Shown: piece after piece, positions 12,401 to 24,189 of the stretch | How positions within the stretch are numbered: position 1 is the stretch's first letter | How the letters are laid out: each line of letters opens with the position of its first letter | Source: Squalus acanthias | Taxonomy: Eukaryota | Direction: 5' to 3' | NCBI GenBank assembly: GCA_030390025.1 | Contig: CM059432.1 | Span: forward strand, 72,046,001-72,110,000 | Length of the DNA stretch: 64,000 nt | Translations under genes and position numbers: made by a program | The notes under the pieces: generated by a model | What the model was told of the DNA's origin: nothing | The model's input: only the letters and a program-made list of their open reading frames with translations | Database searches by the model: none

Positions 12401-13399
12401 TAAGGCATCTAAAGTATGTCCATTAATTGATGCTTTTGTAGCTGCATGGAATAGGTTCTGAGGACAAGCAGCTGTAATTGGTGTCGTTGCACAAAGAGTG
12501 GCTGAAACTCTAGGTGTGTTTCTTCGAGAGAAAACCCGAGAGGAAGCACGATAGATTTTAGCCGGAACATCTTGATAGGCCCTTACCGGGGCAGTTCGGT
12601 AGGACTTAGCTTGATAAGCCCTCGTAGAGGCTCTTGATAGGCAAACCTTTGCAAAATGACCCTTTTTGTTGCAATGACTGCAAAACGCATTGCGAGCAGG
12701 GCAGAATTTCCGAGGGTGAAACTCATCACCACAAAAGAAGCATTTCTTAGATTGCCAAGAGGCTGCCACAGTGGGGTCATCATCCTCTTCATCAGTGAAG
12801 TCATCAGATTGATCGTCAGGGATAAAGTCCTCCCTAATAGAGTTCACCTGTGGCCTCTTAAATTGCCTGACTGTAGTTAAGGCAGCAGACCGAGGTCTGG
12901 GCACTGTATAAAGGTCTGCATTTCTTTTTGCCAGATCTAGAGAGCAAGCCATGTCATAAGCTCTCTGAAGCTCAAGTGTCTTACTTTCCAGTAGACGCTG
13001 GCGTATAAATGGGGAGGCAAGCCCGCAGATGAAAGCATCACGGATCATTTCTTCACGGTACAGCTCAGCTGAGGCCGCCTGAAAGTTACAGTCCATACTA
13101 AGTCTGCGAAGCTCTTGGAGGAATTTATCAATGGATTCCTCCGGCCCTTGTTGGGCTGTAGCTAGTAGATGTCTGGCATAGACCTCATTCGGTGTCTTAG
13201 TATATAGTCTTTTAAGCGTCCGAATTGCCTCCTCGTAACTGCCCCATTCCTCGACATACTGAAATACATTCGGGGTGACACAGTTGATGAGTATCCGCAA
13301 TTTTGAGTCATCATCAGCCTTGCAATATTCGAGAAAATTGTCAAACGTGCAATACCAGTGTTTCCACACCTTACCGGCTGCTGGGGTGTTTGGGTCCAA
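9476..13399 (-). CDS. Gag-Pol polyprotein (Gag zinc knuckles, aspartic protease, RT, RNase H, integrase); no ATG start
   Basis: CFFCGDEFHPRKFC and CSHCNKKGHFAKVC knuckles; LIDSGS; YPLPRIDD, LPFGV and YLDN; ECDAS; HHCC; IDFKGP, HSDRG and VERFN. The PR-RT-RH-IN order indicates Ty3/Gypsy. Confidence 0.93.
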   Translation of the reverse strand: MDPNTPAAGKVWKHWYCTFDNFLEYCKADDDSKLRILINCVTPNVFQYVEEWGSYEEAIRTLKRLYTKTPNEVYARHLLATAQQGPEESIDKFLQELRRLSMDCNFQAASAELYREEMIRDAFICGLASPFIRQRLLESKTLELQRAYDMACSLDLAKRNADLYTVPRPRSAALTTVRQFKRPQVNSIREDFIPDDQSDDFTDEEDDDPTVAASWQSKKCFFCGDEFHPRKFCPARNAFCSHCNKKGHFAKVCLSRASTRAYQAKSYRTAPVRAYQDVPAKIYRASSRVFSRRNTPRVSATLCATTPITAACPQNLFHAATKASINGHTLDALIDSGSTDSFIREQIVAELKLHVFPSDQAIAMAQSSLNTRISGFCMVEITLNGHRYPSTRLSVLKDLCSDLILGLDFQKQHKKLTIEFGGSKPELTISNIRPRLPFCALSAASLDEPSLFTSIPPRCKPIITKSRRFSQEDQSFIAAEISRLLAEDIIEPCSSPWRAQVVIVKNPLQPHKKRLSIDYSQTINQYTDLDAYPLPRIDDMVNKLSEYTVFSTYDLKSAYHQVPLKVSDKQYTAFEANGRLYQFRRLPFGVTNGVAVFQRAMDDLVKQEDLKDTFPYLDNITVAGRNQREHDANLQRFWDALQHRNLTLNAAKSIESQPTINILGYCVGNGIIKPDPERLRPLQELPPPKNPASLRRALGLFAYYAKWIPNFSDRIQPLLKASTFPLDTAAVAAFNLLKKQLEKAALHSIDESLPFVVECDASEVAISATLNQEGRPVAFLSRTFQGAELHYPPVEKEATAIIEAVRKWTHLLARQHFTLITDQRSVAFMLDNRKRTKIKNNKIQLWRLELASFGYTIHYRPGKENVAPDTLTRAFCSAMAPSTLVDIHDGLCHPGVTRMLHFVRSRNLPFSTGDVKKMCSDCRVCAELKPQFFRPSGGILIHATQPMQRLSIDFKGPLPSSTRNTYLLTMVDEYSCFPFAFPCPNMLTTTVISCLEQVFAFCGMASYVHSDRGPSFMSGELKAYLSERGIAASRTTPYHPVGNGQVERFNAIIWNAVRLALRSRGLPNQQWEAILPDALHSTRSLLSTATNTTPHERFFRFQRRSSYGISLPSWLTAPGPVLLRRYVRASKNDPLVDEVELTDVNPTYAYIRYPDGRESTVSLRDLAPCPAKHRGTPGDDIVPGTSLGSPGASHHDLDLTPAGTSLQRADLGQTDYEPVGARTRSHDPPRTIRSETDLPQPCPTPVRAPVHSQDRPDPSQSGPDHSDSGPRPAAGKRARDPLPLREPKRVRLSLVRRLQNGGSIPAS

Positions 13400-13410
13400 G
13401 TCAAGACGCG

Positions 13411-14826
13411 ATTCTGCACCCGACCATCTCCTCTTTGAAGGCCTCCCATTGTTTAATTACTGTTTTGCCTACCAATGTTTGATTCCAATCTACCTGGGCC
13501 AGATGCCTTTCCACTCACTGAAGTTAGCCCTCCTCCAGTTAAATATTTTTACACTTGATTGTTCCATGCCCTTTTCTATAACTATAACCTGGTGTTGTGC
13601 GACTTCTCACATTTGTCCACCCCAGTCCAACACCGGCATCTCCACATCTATGCTAAACCTAATGATATTGTGATCACTGTTCCCCAAATGCTCACCCACT
13701 GAAGCATGCTCCACTTTCCCACTTCATTCCCCAGAACTGGATCCAGCACTGTTTCCTTCCTCGTTGGACTGGAAAAGAACTGATCAAGAAAGTTCTCTTG
13801 TACACATTGCAGGAATTCCTCCCCCCTTTGCCCTTTATACTGTTACTATGCCGTGTCTATATTAGGATAATTGAAGTTCCCCATTACCACTACTCTGTAG
13901 TTCTTGCATCTTTCTGTAATTTGCCTGCAAATTTGCTTCTCTATCTCCTTCCTATTTGATGGCCTATTCTATACACCCAGTAGTGTAATAGCTCCTCCGT
14001 TGTTCCTTAATTCTAACCAAATAGATTCTGTCTTTGACCGCTCACATACATCAACCCTCTCCAGTGCTATAATAGTTTATTTTATCAATACTGCCACCCC
14101 CTCCTTTTTTTCCTTCCCTATCTTTCCTGAATACCTTGTAGCCAGGATTATTAAGTGCCCAATCCTCCCCCTCTTCGAGGCAGGTCTCTGTTATTGCCAT
14201 TATATCATAGTCCCATGTGGCAACTTGTGCTTGCAGCTCATCAACTTATTTACCACGCTACGTGCAGTTACACACATGCACTCCAAACCCATCTTAGACT
14301 GCCTCGTATTTGCCCCTGTCTGATCCCTCCTATTTCTGAATTATTCTTTACTCTAGTGCTATTTGTCTCTCCCACCGTGTTTCTCCTCTCTAATGTTTCA
14401 TCCTGGTGCCCATCCCGCTGCCAAATTAGTTTAAATCCTCCCCCATAGCACCAGTTAAACTTCCCAAGAGGATTTGGGTCCCAGCTCAGTTGATGTGCAA
14501 CCCATCCACCTTGAACAGGTCCTTCCTGCCCCAGAATTGGTCCCAATGGCCCAGGAGTCTGAAGTCCTCCCTTCTGCACCATTTCTCCAGTCATGCGTTA
14601 ACATATCTTATCCGACTATTCCTATACATACTAGCGCGTGGCACTGGGAGTAATCTAGAGATTACTACCTTTGACGTCCTGCTCTTTAATTTCCTCCCGA
14701 GCTTCTGAAACTCTGCCTGCAGGATCTCAACCCGTTTTCTTCCTATGTCATTGTTTCCCACATGGGCCACGACTTCTGGCTGTTCCCCTTCCCCCCCTCA
14801 AAATGTTCAACACCCTCTCAGTGATG
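13411..14826 (-). mobile_element. CR1 LINE fragment (ORF1 esterase 3' part and ORF2 endonuclease), decayed
   Basis: Homologous to 25440-30900 (QWEAFKEEM, GNFNYPNID, ORF1 SGNH-like region). Confidence 0.85.
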
Positions 14827-15148
14827 TCACTAAAGAACATTCTATTATTCTATTACATTAACTTCAAGTGCATGGGTGACAAACCTATTGATTGGGATGG
14901 GACTGATGGTGCAGAAGAATATACATCAATGCCAGCTTTAGTCCTGTCTAATCCACTCAAAAACTTCACAGGGGAAGTTGCTCTGGAAATAGAATACTAT
15001 AGTGGAGGCTTGCTATTAATGTACCTAATCAGTACCAAGTCTATGTTATTAAAGTGAAATCATGAATGCAGGTAAAGCAAAGTAGAAACAATTAAAAATA
15101 AAAACAGTAATGGTGAATAGAGGCAAGCAAAGGAGAGGTAAATACGTT

Positions 15149-15280
15149 GGGGGTGAAATTGGTCTTCAGCAGTAGCGCAAAATGGGCGGTACTGAATCGG
15201 CAGCCCATTGTACACCACATCAGGTACGGTGTAAAACAGGCTGTTGATTCGCTAGCGCCCATTTTGCGCATAAGTGAATT
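15149..15280. mobile_element. Palindromic MITE fragment with Harbinger-like end
   Basis: GGGGGTGAAATT start. GCGCAAAATGGGCG...TACACC pairs with GGTGTA...CGCCCATTTTGCGC. Confidence 0.55.
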
Positions 15281-15436
15281 ACAGAGGGTTGTAGAAAAGT
15301 TGATTCCAGCAAATAGGATAAATCCTATGAAAATGAACAGGAAGATCTTTTGAAATAAGATAAATCAAAATCGTATTTGAAATAAGATAAATCAAAATGA
15401 AATCTGATATAAAACAGCTTGAGAACAAGCACATTT

Positions 15437-15947
15437 ACATAGAAACATAGAAGATAGGAGCAGGAGTAGGCCATTTGGCCCCTCGAGCCTGCTCCGCCAT
15501 TCAATGCGATCATGGCTGATCATCCAAATTCAGTACCCTGTCCCTGCTTTCTCCCCATATCCCTTGGTCCCTTTAGCCTTAAGAAATATATCTAACTCCT
15601 TCTTGAATATATTTAATGAATTGGCCTCAACTGCCTTCTGTGGTAGAGAATTCCACAGGTTCACCACTCTCTGGGTGAAGAAATTCCTCCTCATCTCAGT
15701 CCTAAATGGCTTACCCCTTATCCTTAGACTGTGACCCCTGGTTCTGGACTCCCCCGCCATCGGGAACATCCTTCCTGCATCTAGTCTGTCTAGTCCTGTT
15801 AGAATTTTATACGTTTCATTCTTCTAAACTCTAGCGAATATAAGTCTAATCGACCCAATCTCTCTTCATACGTCATTCCTGCCATCCCAGGTATCAGTCT
15901 GGTGAATCTTCGCTGCACTCCCTCCATGGCAAGAACATCCTTTCTCA
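15437..15947 (-). mobile_element. 5'-truncated CR1 LINE 3' end
   Basis: MFPMAGESRTRGHSLRIRG...FFTQRVVNLWNSLP with an (ACATAGAA)n tail. Near-identical to 53181-53710. Confidence 0.92.
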
Positions 15948-18205
15948 ATTATCAATACCTATAATCAATTGAAATAGTTTAAATGACAAAAGACCATTGC
16001 TTTCCACGTTTAATTACCTACTTCAATTTTGTCAGTACTTAGAAGGAACCTAAAATATATAATGTAAGAAAAAAGTAACTATGTCCAAAAAAGCTGAACA
16101 AGTTCCCCTTAATATTACATTGGTGTCATGTGTATGTTCAAATCTGAGTTAAATTTTTCAGTTTGTAATCAGTAAGAAATAAGAGCTGCAGGTTATTTTA
16201 ATATATAAACCAGGATAAAATAGGCCTTAAAGACCTCCATGAAAACATGTGCAGAAAACATTTTTCATTTGTTTCCAAATACAAGATGCTAGCCTATTAA
16301 AAAGTTCAAATGCAACACGGCATCATTTGTTTGAGAGTTAAAACAAACCTTTGTCTGTTATCTCTCCCCAAAGAGAAAAAAAAGCAAATACTTTAATTAA
16401 AACTGTGCCCTTCAAAATTTACAGCTCATGAATAGTTTTAGCTTAATGATCACTAAATTCTTAAAACAATAATGTTCTTTACAAACCATCTTTACACAGA
16501 AAAGTGATGTATTTTTCTAAACAGAGTTGGAAAGCCATCCTGAGAGATTACTACAACCTTCATGAAACTGTATTATATTTGAACTTTTCTGCAGTAACCA
16601 AGCAACAGTCTTGGAAGAAAATCAGCCATAAGAGCTTCTGATGTGTGAAATGGCACATGTTCAGCTAATTATTCTCTTGAGTGTCTCAGATGGTTGTGGA
16701 TACAGTGCAAGATTTACAAAATGGGAAATCAGTAGTAAAAGAAAATCTAAAACAATGTATCCTATACCACAATTTTATTTACCTTTACACTGCCAACAGC
16801 TTCAGGGAATTCCAGGCTCCCCTGGGATGTCCTTTTTTAAAGTTTCAGCTGGGACTGATAATGCGATGCTTGGTGCCCGTAGTACTGATACACACCAGGT
16901 GCATCAGACACTAAGGCCTGTTGTGTATTTATTGCAAATAGCACAGGAAGTGCCCATGGCTCATTAAGGCCTCAAAACAATGAGGTCCTCACCCCATTAT
17001 ATAGTCTGAGTGCCTGAATAGCACTGCTGGTGCTCAGCGTCCATATAAAGCAAGTGCTGGATGGTTGGCCCTTTCAGCCATGTTGGTTCCTGTTCCTTAT
17101 GCAGGAGTCTGCTTGGTAGTTGCATCAAGTAGCTGCATGTTTACCCAGAGATTTCATTGTTCATTTCATGGCGTCCTTGGGTTTCATTACTGCAGTTATT
17201 CACACCTTCTTAAAGCTGCACCTAATCTGCCAAATGTGGGTGTTAGTTGAGGAAATGGTAATTGAGGTCTGACTAAATTCTTCCAGCCATCACTCTATAT
17301 CTACTGGTTTTGAAGAGGAGCAACAGCATCTGAAGGGGCCTGCAGTAAAGGCTAGGCTAGATAGCCAAGATGATTGTGATCTGATCGTACAATACAATCT
17401 CACTGTGAAAAGGCTGATTACCATAGGACCGGTGTAGAAGCTGCATCAATTAGGGACAAAAGAAAACCTTGGCCAGCAGCCACCTTATGTACAGGCTGAG
17501 AATATGTAGCATGCAGGTGCCTTGTGTTGCCTGTGTGCTTAGTATATGTTCCTTGTCACATTTCATAGTCCAGGAGACACAGTTACATCGCAGCAATACA
17601 GAATATGCTCCTAAACCGTGGGCCTGTCTGTACTTTTGGAATGTAGGTGAATAGTTGCCAAAGTGCTGTACATTCTCCCTATGTGAAGCACTACCAATGC
17701 ATTTAAGATGTATTGTATTCAGGTTGTAAAATTAAAGTAAGAGCACACGTACTTTGGCAACATTCCTACTCCCAATATCTAGTCACAGGTGAAACCATAT
17801 TCTCCCTTTCTGCTATCTCCATCCAAGATGCTTTCATATTACTCTTTAGTAGGGAATGCCTCTCTGCTCCAAATCTTTCTCTCCATTATCTACAAAGGCC
17901 ACCCTATCTTTACCTCCCGGCAGTCACTCTGCGGCCTCTTTCCGCCCGTTCCTGGTAGGAAGTGGACTGGTGGTATTTAAATGAGGCGCAGGAGTTAAAT
18001 ACCCCAGGTCTGAAACTTAGGCCAGCAGATGCCATTTTGCCCCCTGCTTGCTTGGGACCTGCTCCAGGTTAAAATCAACCACAATGTTCCTTTTACTTTT
18101 TTTCTGCTAAATATACACTATTCTAACTTGTTTAAGCATTTTCAAATTTCTTTTATATTTACATATTTTATATATCTATTTCCTTTGCCACAGGGTATCC
18201 CACAT

Positions 18206-18581
18206 CATAGGAATACAGAAACAGGAGCAGGCCATTCAGCCACTCGAGCCTGTTCCGGCATTCAATTAGATCATGGCCGATCTGTGTCTTAACTCTATCT
18301 ATCCGCCTTGGTTCCGCAACCCTTAATACCCTTGCCTAACAAGAATCTATCAATCTCAATTTTGAAATTTTCAATTGACCTAACCTCAACAGCGTTTTGG
18401 GTAGAGAGTTCCAGATTTCTACTACCATTTGTGTGAAGAAGTGCTTCCTGATATCACCCCTGAACGGCCTAGCTCTAATTTTAAGATTATGCCCCCTTGT
18501 TCTGGACTCTCCCACCAGAGGATATAGTTTCTCTCTATCTACCCTATCAAATCCTTTAATCATCTTAAACACCTCAATTAG
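18206..18581 (-). mobile_element. CR1 LINE 3' end
   Basis: FKMIKGFDRVD...ESRTRGHNLKI...WNSLP. Confidence 0.88.
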
Positions 18582-19149
18582 ACCATCAATTCTGGAGGTT
18601 CAACATAAGCCTCTGATTGGCTGAAAATCATTGAACTAAAGTTCATATGACCATATGGAAAAAGGACAGGAAAAGACCATGTATTCCCTCAAACTCACCC
18701 CAACCAGATATGGTGCAGCCATGTACACTGCTGACCCACCCCAAATCACACAATCTCATAGGAGAGGCAAAAAAAGAGAAAAAAACTTGAGGCCAGTTGA
18801 GGAAAAATTCCTCTAGAACTCCATAAGGCAATCAAACAATCTCCAGAAGACTGCAGTAATCCGTCTAATTCCAACTAACTCGCAATTTATCCTTTATAAT
18901 TGGAAATGTCTTCTCTTTCAGGAACTTGTCCAGCAACCTTTTCAAAGACTGTGGGAACTGTTCACCACATGCTGCAATAATCTGTTCCAGAGGATGATGA
19001 TTCTGAGAAAAGAGAAACTTCTTAATATTTAATCTAACTCTTTGTCTGTGAAGATTAATGCGGTTGCATCTCAGATGCCAAACTGCAAGCACTATTGTTC
19101 AACAAATTTGCCGGAGTTTCTGCTTCTGCACTCTCCACTTTAATGAGCA

Positions 19150-19710
19150 GGCCTTTGTTACCTCTCGTCTTGACTATTCCAACGCATTCCTGGCTGGCCT
19201 CCTATATTCTACCCTACGTAAACTTGAATTCATCCAAAACTCTGCGGCCCGTGTCTTAACTCGCACCGTGTGCTCGCTGACCTACATTGGCTCCCAGTTA
19301 AGCAATGTCTCAATTTTAAAATTCTCATAATTGTTCCAAATCCCTCCATGGCCTCGCCCCCTTCCTATCTCTGTAATCTCCTCCAGCCCCACAGCCCTCT
19401 GAGATATCTGCGCTCCTCTAATTCTGCCCTCTTGAGCATCCCTGATTTTAATCGCTCAACGATTGGCGGCCGTGCCTTTAGCTGCCAACGCCCTAAACTC
19501 TGGAATTCCCTCCCTAAACCTTTCTGCCTCTCTACCCCTCTTTCCTCCTTTAAGACGCTCCTTAAAACCTACCTCTTTGACCAAGCTTTTGGTCATTTTC
19601 CCTAATTTCTCCTGATGTGGCTCGGTGTCAAATTTTGTATATAATGCTCTTGTGAAGCGCCTTAGGACATTTTACTACATTAAAGGCACTATATAAATAC
19701 AAGTTGTTGT
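19150..19710 (+). mobile_element. L2 LINE 3' end
   Basis: AFVTSRLDYSNA, LHWLPV, LWNSLP and FKTLLKTYLF, followed by a 3' UTR ending CTATATAAATACAAGTTGTTGTT. Confidence 0.88.
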
Positions 19711-19899
19711 TAAAAATCACAGTCAGGTGAGCAGAGAAGCAGGACACTCTGGCGCTTGTCTCAGTAATGCTCAGACAGTGCAATCACTCTTTAATGAGAA
19801 CTCATTGGCAACAAAGAAATAGGGCCTTAGCTCAAACCTGCACTGCCTTCATGAAAAAGTGGTGGCAAACCTATTTTATTGCTTGTTTTATTGCATCCT

Positions 19900-20446
19900 C
19901 CGGAAACCTGAGCTCATCCAAAACTCGACTGCAGATATCCGAACTTACACCAAATCCCTTAACCCATAATCCCTGTGCTCGCTGACCTGCATTGACTCCC
20001 AGTCCAGCAATGCCTCAATTTTAATATTCTTATCCTTGTTTTCAAATCCCTCCATGACCTCGCCCCTTCCTATCTCTATAACCTCCTCCAGCCCTACAAC
20101 CCCACCCCGCTCCCCCCCCCCCCCCCCACACCCCCCAAGATCTCTGCACTTCTCCAATTCTGGCCTTTTGCAGATCCCCGATTTTATTTGCTCCACCAGT
20201 GGTAGCGTACCTTCAGCTGCCTAGGCCCTAAGCTTGGGAATTCACTCCCTAAACCTCTCTGCCTATCCATCTCTCTCTCCTCCTTTAAGACGCTCCTTAA
20301 AACATACCTCTTTGACCAAGCTTTTGGTCACCTGTCCTATTACCTCCTATGTGCCTCGGTGTCAAATGTTGTTTGATAATGCTTCTATGAAGCGCCTAAG
20401 GACGTTTTACTATCTTAAAGGTACTATATAAATGCAAGTTGTTGTT
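19900..20446 (+). mobile_element. L2 LINE 3' end (second copy)
   Basis: Homologous to 19220-19710, with the same tail. Confidence 0.85.
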
Positions 20447-21237
20447 GGCAAACAAACAATGTAATGGTACACATATGTCAAATTTACCTATGCTGTCATC
20501 CTGATGAAGTAGACAGCTGTTCTGACGTTTCTTCCTCAAACAAAAAAAAATTGCAAAATGAAGACAGTGCCCCTTTAATGATGATCATTAGGGCAGCAGT
20601 GCATCATGTTGGTCTCAGAACATTACTAATCCCCAATAACTTGAAGAGTTTAGTGAACCACAAAATTGTGGTAAAGCTTCTTGCTGCAGACCGTTATTAT
20701 TACTGGGATTCTAGTTCCAGAGAAACACTTGGCAATTTTTACTGTGTTCTTGAAATAAGTCTCATTATATTTGCCGTTATTGGCAATTTTCTCAATGCTA
20801 TCTCAAAGTCCGTCTGTACTTTGTGTAAATATGGATAAATCTTTTCTTTTTTTTTCTGTGAATTATTCTTGTTAACAACAGACAGCTCCCTGTGAAATAG
20901 TGATGCGGTCTAACGTAGAACCACATAATCATCTAACAAAATATATGCATGTATGTTTGTAATATTTCAAACAAAAAAAATTGCAGACAAAAAATATGAC
21001 GATAATGTACGTAAAACTTAATGCAAGTAAAACCCCATTGTATGTCTGTTGTCAAAAAAAATTAATTTCCCAATGCCTGGTACAAATGAGTTGACCATGC
21101 ACAGCGCATTTGTACCTGATAATTGCAATCGGGGTCCTATACCTGGCGTAAGGCTCTGATTTGCATATTTAAGCAGTGTCCTGCCTATTTCAGGTGGGCA
21201 GACTTGCCCATTTAGAGACCTGCCCAAAAATATGCAA

Positions 21238-21655
21238 CACGGTGGCATAGTGGTTAGCACTGGTGCTTCACAGCGCCAGGGACCCGGGTTCGAATCTGAC
21301 CTCGGGTGACTGTCTGTGTGGAGTTTGCACATTCTCCCCGTGTCTGCGTGGGTTTCCTCCGGGTGCTCCGGTTTCCTCCCACAGTCCAAAAATGTGCGGG
21401 TTAGGTTGATTTGGCTATGATAAATTGACCCTTAGTGTTAGGGGTTGGATTAAATATATGGGGATAGGATGGGATATGTTAGGGGGAATTAAATACGTGG
21501 GGTTAAGGGGGTAGGGTGGGATATGTGTACTGTGGGGATTAAAGCAGGGACCGGGTACTGGATTTGGATGATCAGCCATGATCGTATTGAATGGTGGAGC
21601 AGGCTCGACGGGCCGAATGGCCTACTCCTGCTCCTAGATTCTATGTTTCTATGTT
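21238..21655 (+). mobile_element. tRNA-derived V-SINE (HE1-like) with CR1-derived 3' tail
   Basis: A box TGGCATAGTGG, B box GGTTCGAATCT, V-core GTGTGGAGTTTGCACATTCTCCCCGTG...CTCCGGTTTCCTCCCAC. The last ~115 bp match the CR1 3' end at 15437-15550. Confidence 0.85.
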
Positions 21656-22269
21656 TCAAACAGGCGTTGGACATTAATGTGGTGGCCAAGGTGACCCCCC
21701 TCAATTTTCAAATGCTGGTAAGGAACAAGCGGCCATCAGTTGAAAATTGCCCCTAATATGTTTACATGCTGCATACCTGAACTTCTTGTAAAGATAAGAA
21801 TGTTGTCTCTTGCACTTGATAAATGTACAGCTCTTGCCTGGTTTTAAGAGAAATCCCAGAGCATAGTAAGTAAACTGCATCATTTCAATCCCACAGTAGT
21901 CTGGGGAAGTCTAAGATTTCTTTGTGGGGCACTTCTGCTCCTCCTGGTCCCACAAGGAAATAAAAAAATATCCAAACTTACCATTACGGGCCTCTTCTGG
22001 CCAAGATCCACTCCCGCACTGGGTTGGTCTGGTGGGAAATTCACTGCAGTTTCTCGATAAGGCTTCATAGTACAAATTGCAGTCGGATCCCGATGACGTC
22101 ATTGGAATATGACCTGTATATGTTAACAAGGACCTCATCAGCTTTGAGTGGGTGTCCTTGCCACCTGCTCAGAAGGGCAGGTGAAAATACAAACCTATCA
22201 GCGCCCAGCAGTTCCAGGGTGAGTAAATAACTTAGGTGATTTAAAATTGCCCCCCAGTTGTGGGGAAGT

Positions 22270-23440
22270 TACTGTAACTTATCATAAGAGACAGAGTGAC
22301 TGAGTGCTTGAACCAGTATGAGATGATAAAAGTGAGTCCGCATGAAGTTGTGAAGGGTAGGTCATGTCTGACCTAATCTAGTTGAAATTTTGAAAAGGTC
22401 ACTAGCATGGTGGATAGAGGAGTGTATATGGATGTTATCTACATGGACTTCCGTAAGGAATTTGATAAGGTTCAACAAAAGAAATTATTAGTAAAAATAA
22501 AAGTGCACAAAATTGAAGGTAACCTTGTGACTTGCATTGGTAATTGGTTGGGAGGTAGGAGATGGAGAGTAGGGATAAAAGAAAAGTTCTCTGATTGGCG
22601 GGATATGATGTTCCACAGGGATCTGTACTGGGCCTCAGCTTTTTACCATATATAGTAATGAACAGAGTGCATACAGTAAGTTGTGTAGAAGGAAGCAGGA
22701 AGTTACAAAGGGACATAGACAGACGAAGTAAGTGGGCGAAAGTATGGCAGATGGAGCTCAATGTGGGGAAGTGTGAAGTCATCCAATTTGAATCCAAGAA
22801 AGACAAATCAAAATTTAGATTTAGGTGTCAATGTACACACATCAGTAAAAGCTAGTGCACAGGTACAAAAAGCAATCAAAAAGGCTAATGGAATGTTGGC
22901 CTATATCTCAAGGGGGCTGGATTACAAAGGGGAGGAAGTGATGCTTCAGTTGTACAGAGCCTTGGTCAGACCCCATCTGGAGAACTGCATTCAGTTTTGT
23001 GCACCACACCTTGGGAAAGATATATTGGTATTAGTTGGGGTATAGCGCAGATTCACCAGAATAATACCAGGGTTTAAAGGATTAAATAATGAGGACAGGT
23101 TGCCTAAACTTGGTTTGGCTTCCCTTGAGTTTAGAAGGTTGAGAGGTGATCTAATTGAATTGTTTAAAATGCTATCGGGATTCGATAGTGTCAATACAGA
23201 GAAACTATTTTCTCTGTTGAGGGAATTCAGAACAAGGAGGCTTAATCTTAAAAATTAGTGCTTTTTCGTACAAAGACTAGTGGAAATCTGGAACCCTCTC
23301 CCCCAAAAGGCTGTGTATTCTGGGTCAATTGAAATTCTCAAAATTGAGATTGATAGATTTTTGGTCGGTAGGGATATCAAGTGATATGGAGGAAAAGTGG
23401 GTAAATGAAGTTGAGCTACAGATCAGCCATGATCTAATTG
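22270..23440 (+). mobile_element. Decayed CR1 LINE RT and 3' region
   Basis: DVIYMDF, VPQGSVLG and LYRALVRPHLE, with frameshifts. Confidence 0.85.
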
Positions 23441-23449
23441 AATACCATC

Positions 23450-23700
23450 TTTCAGATGAGATGTTTACCATCAGATGTCTGCCCTCTCAGATGAACATCA
23501 AATATCTCATGACACTATTCGAAGACCAATATCACCAAAACAGATTATCTGGTCATGAATCTCATTGCAGGTTTTGGGACCTTGCTAAATGCAAATTGGC
23601 TGCCTGGACTCCCTACATTACAACTTGAAAAGTACTTAATTGTCTGTAAGATCTTTGGGACGTCCTGAGGTCATGAAAGGCGCTATGTAAATGCAAGTAC
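23450..23700 (+). mobile_element. Deu-domain SINE fragment (SacSINE1/AmnSINE-like)
   Basis: TTTCAGATGAGATGTT...CAGATTATCTGGTCAT...CAAATTGGCTGCC...GAAAGGCGCTATGTAAATGCAAG. Related fragments occur at 37845-37960 (-) and 51440-51610. Confidence 0.6.
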
Positions 23701-24189
23701 TTTAAACCTTCTCTGCAGTGCATTATAATAGGGTACAATTCTGAATGGATATATTAAAATTGAAATTGTATGCAAGTGAAATATTTATGCAGAAGAAATA
23801 TAACTCTGCCCAACCTAAGGAGGCTGGAAGCTATTTGAGACTAGGTGCCAATTAGTAATTCATCTTATATTGCTTCCCCTAAATTAGCACTTCAGTCAGG
23901 TTTCTTAGGTATGCAATAATAATAGAGCTTTTCTATATCTATCAATAAAGCATTTTGAACAAGAAAGATAGCTGCTAACATTAATTGCAGGCAATTAACA
24001 TGCATTCACTTAAACAAAGAAACTGAGGAAGAGTGTGTGAGGTGTCAGGAAGCTTATTATGAACCGTCTTGCTGCCAAGTTCTACAAAATAGTACATTAT
24101 GGTGATAATTTATATTTGATTCAGTCAGCTTTCCAATTATATTGCACCTGCTTCACATTTTAAATAGTTAGTCAATCCTTCCTCATTCT

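Larger units (their letters stand above)
9351..13410 (-). mobile_element. Ty3/Gypsy LTR retrotransposon (Mag-like), 5' LTR and PBS missing
   Basis: Single gag-pol ORF. A polypurine tract GGGGGGGGAGAA is followed by TG at 9457 (start of the 3' LTR). The 5' end abuts CR1 sequence at about 13411. Confidence 0.92.

Noticed and set aside
15349..15399. 27-bp tandem duplication (TTTGAAATAAGATAAATCAAAAT)
   Set aside because: Two AT-rich copies only, consistent with ordinary slippage; the 22-bp duplication at 58222-58268 is similar.
20464..20838. 124-aa ORF in apparently unique sequence
   Set aside because: No recognisable motifs or convincing splice signals; consistent with chance.
21238..21310. 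tRNA gene
   Set aside because: A and B boxes are present, but they continue into a V-SINE core and LINE tail with no complete cloverleaf or terminator.
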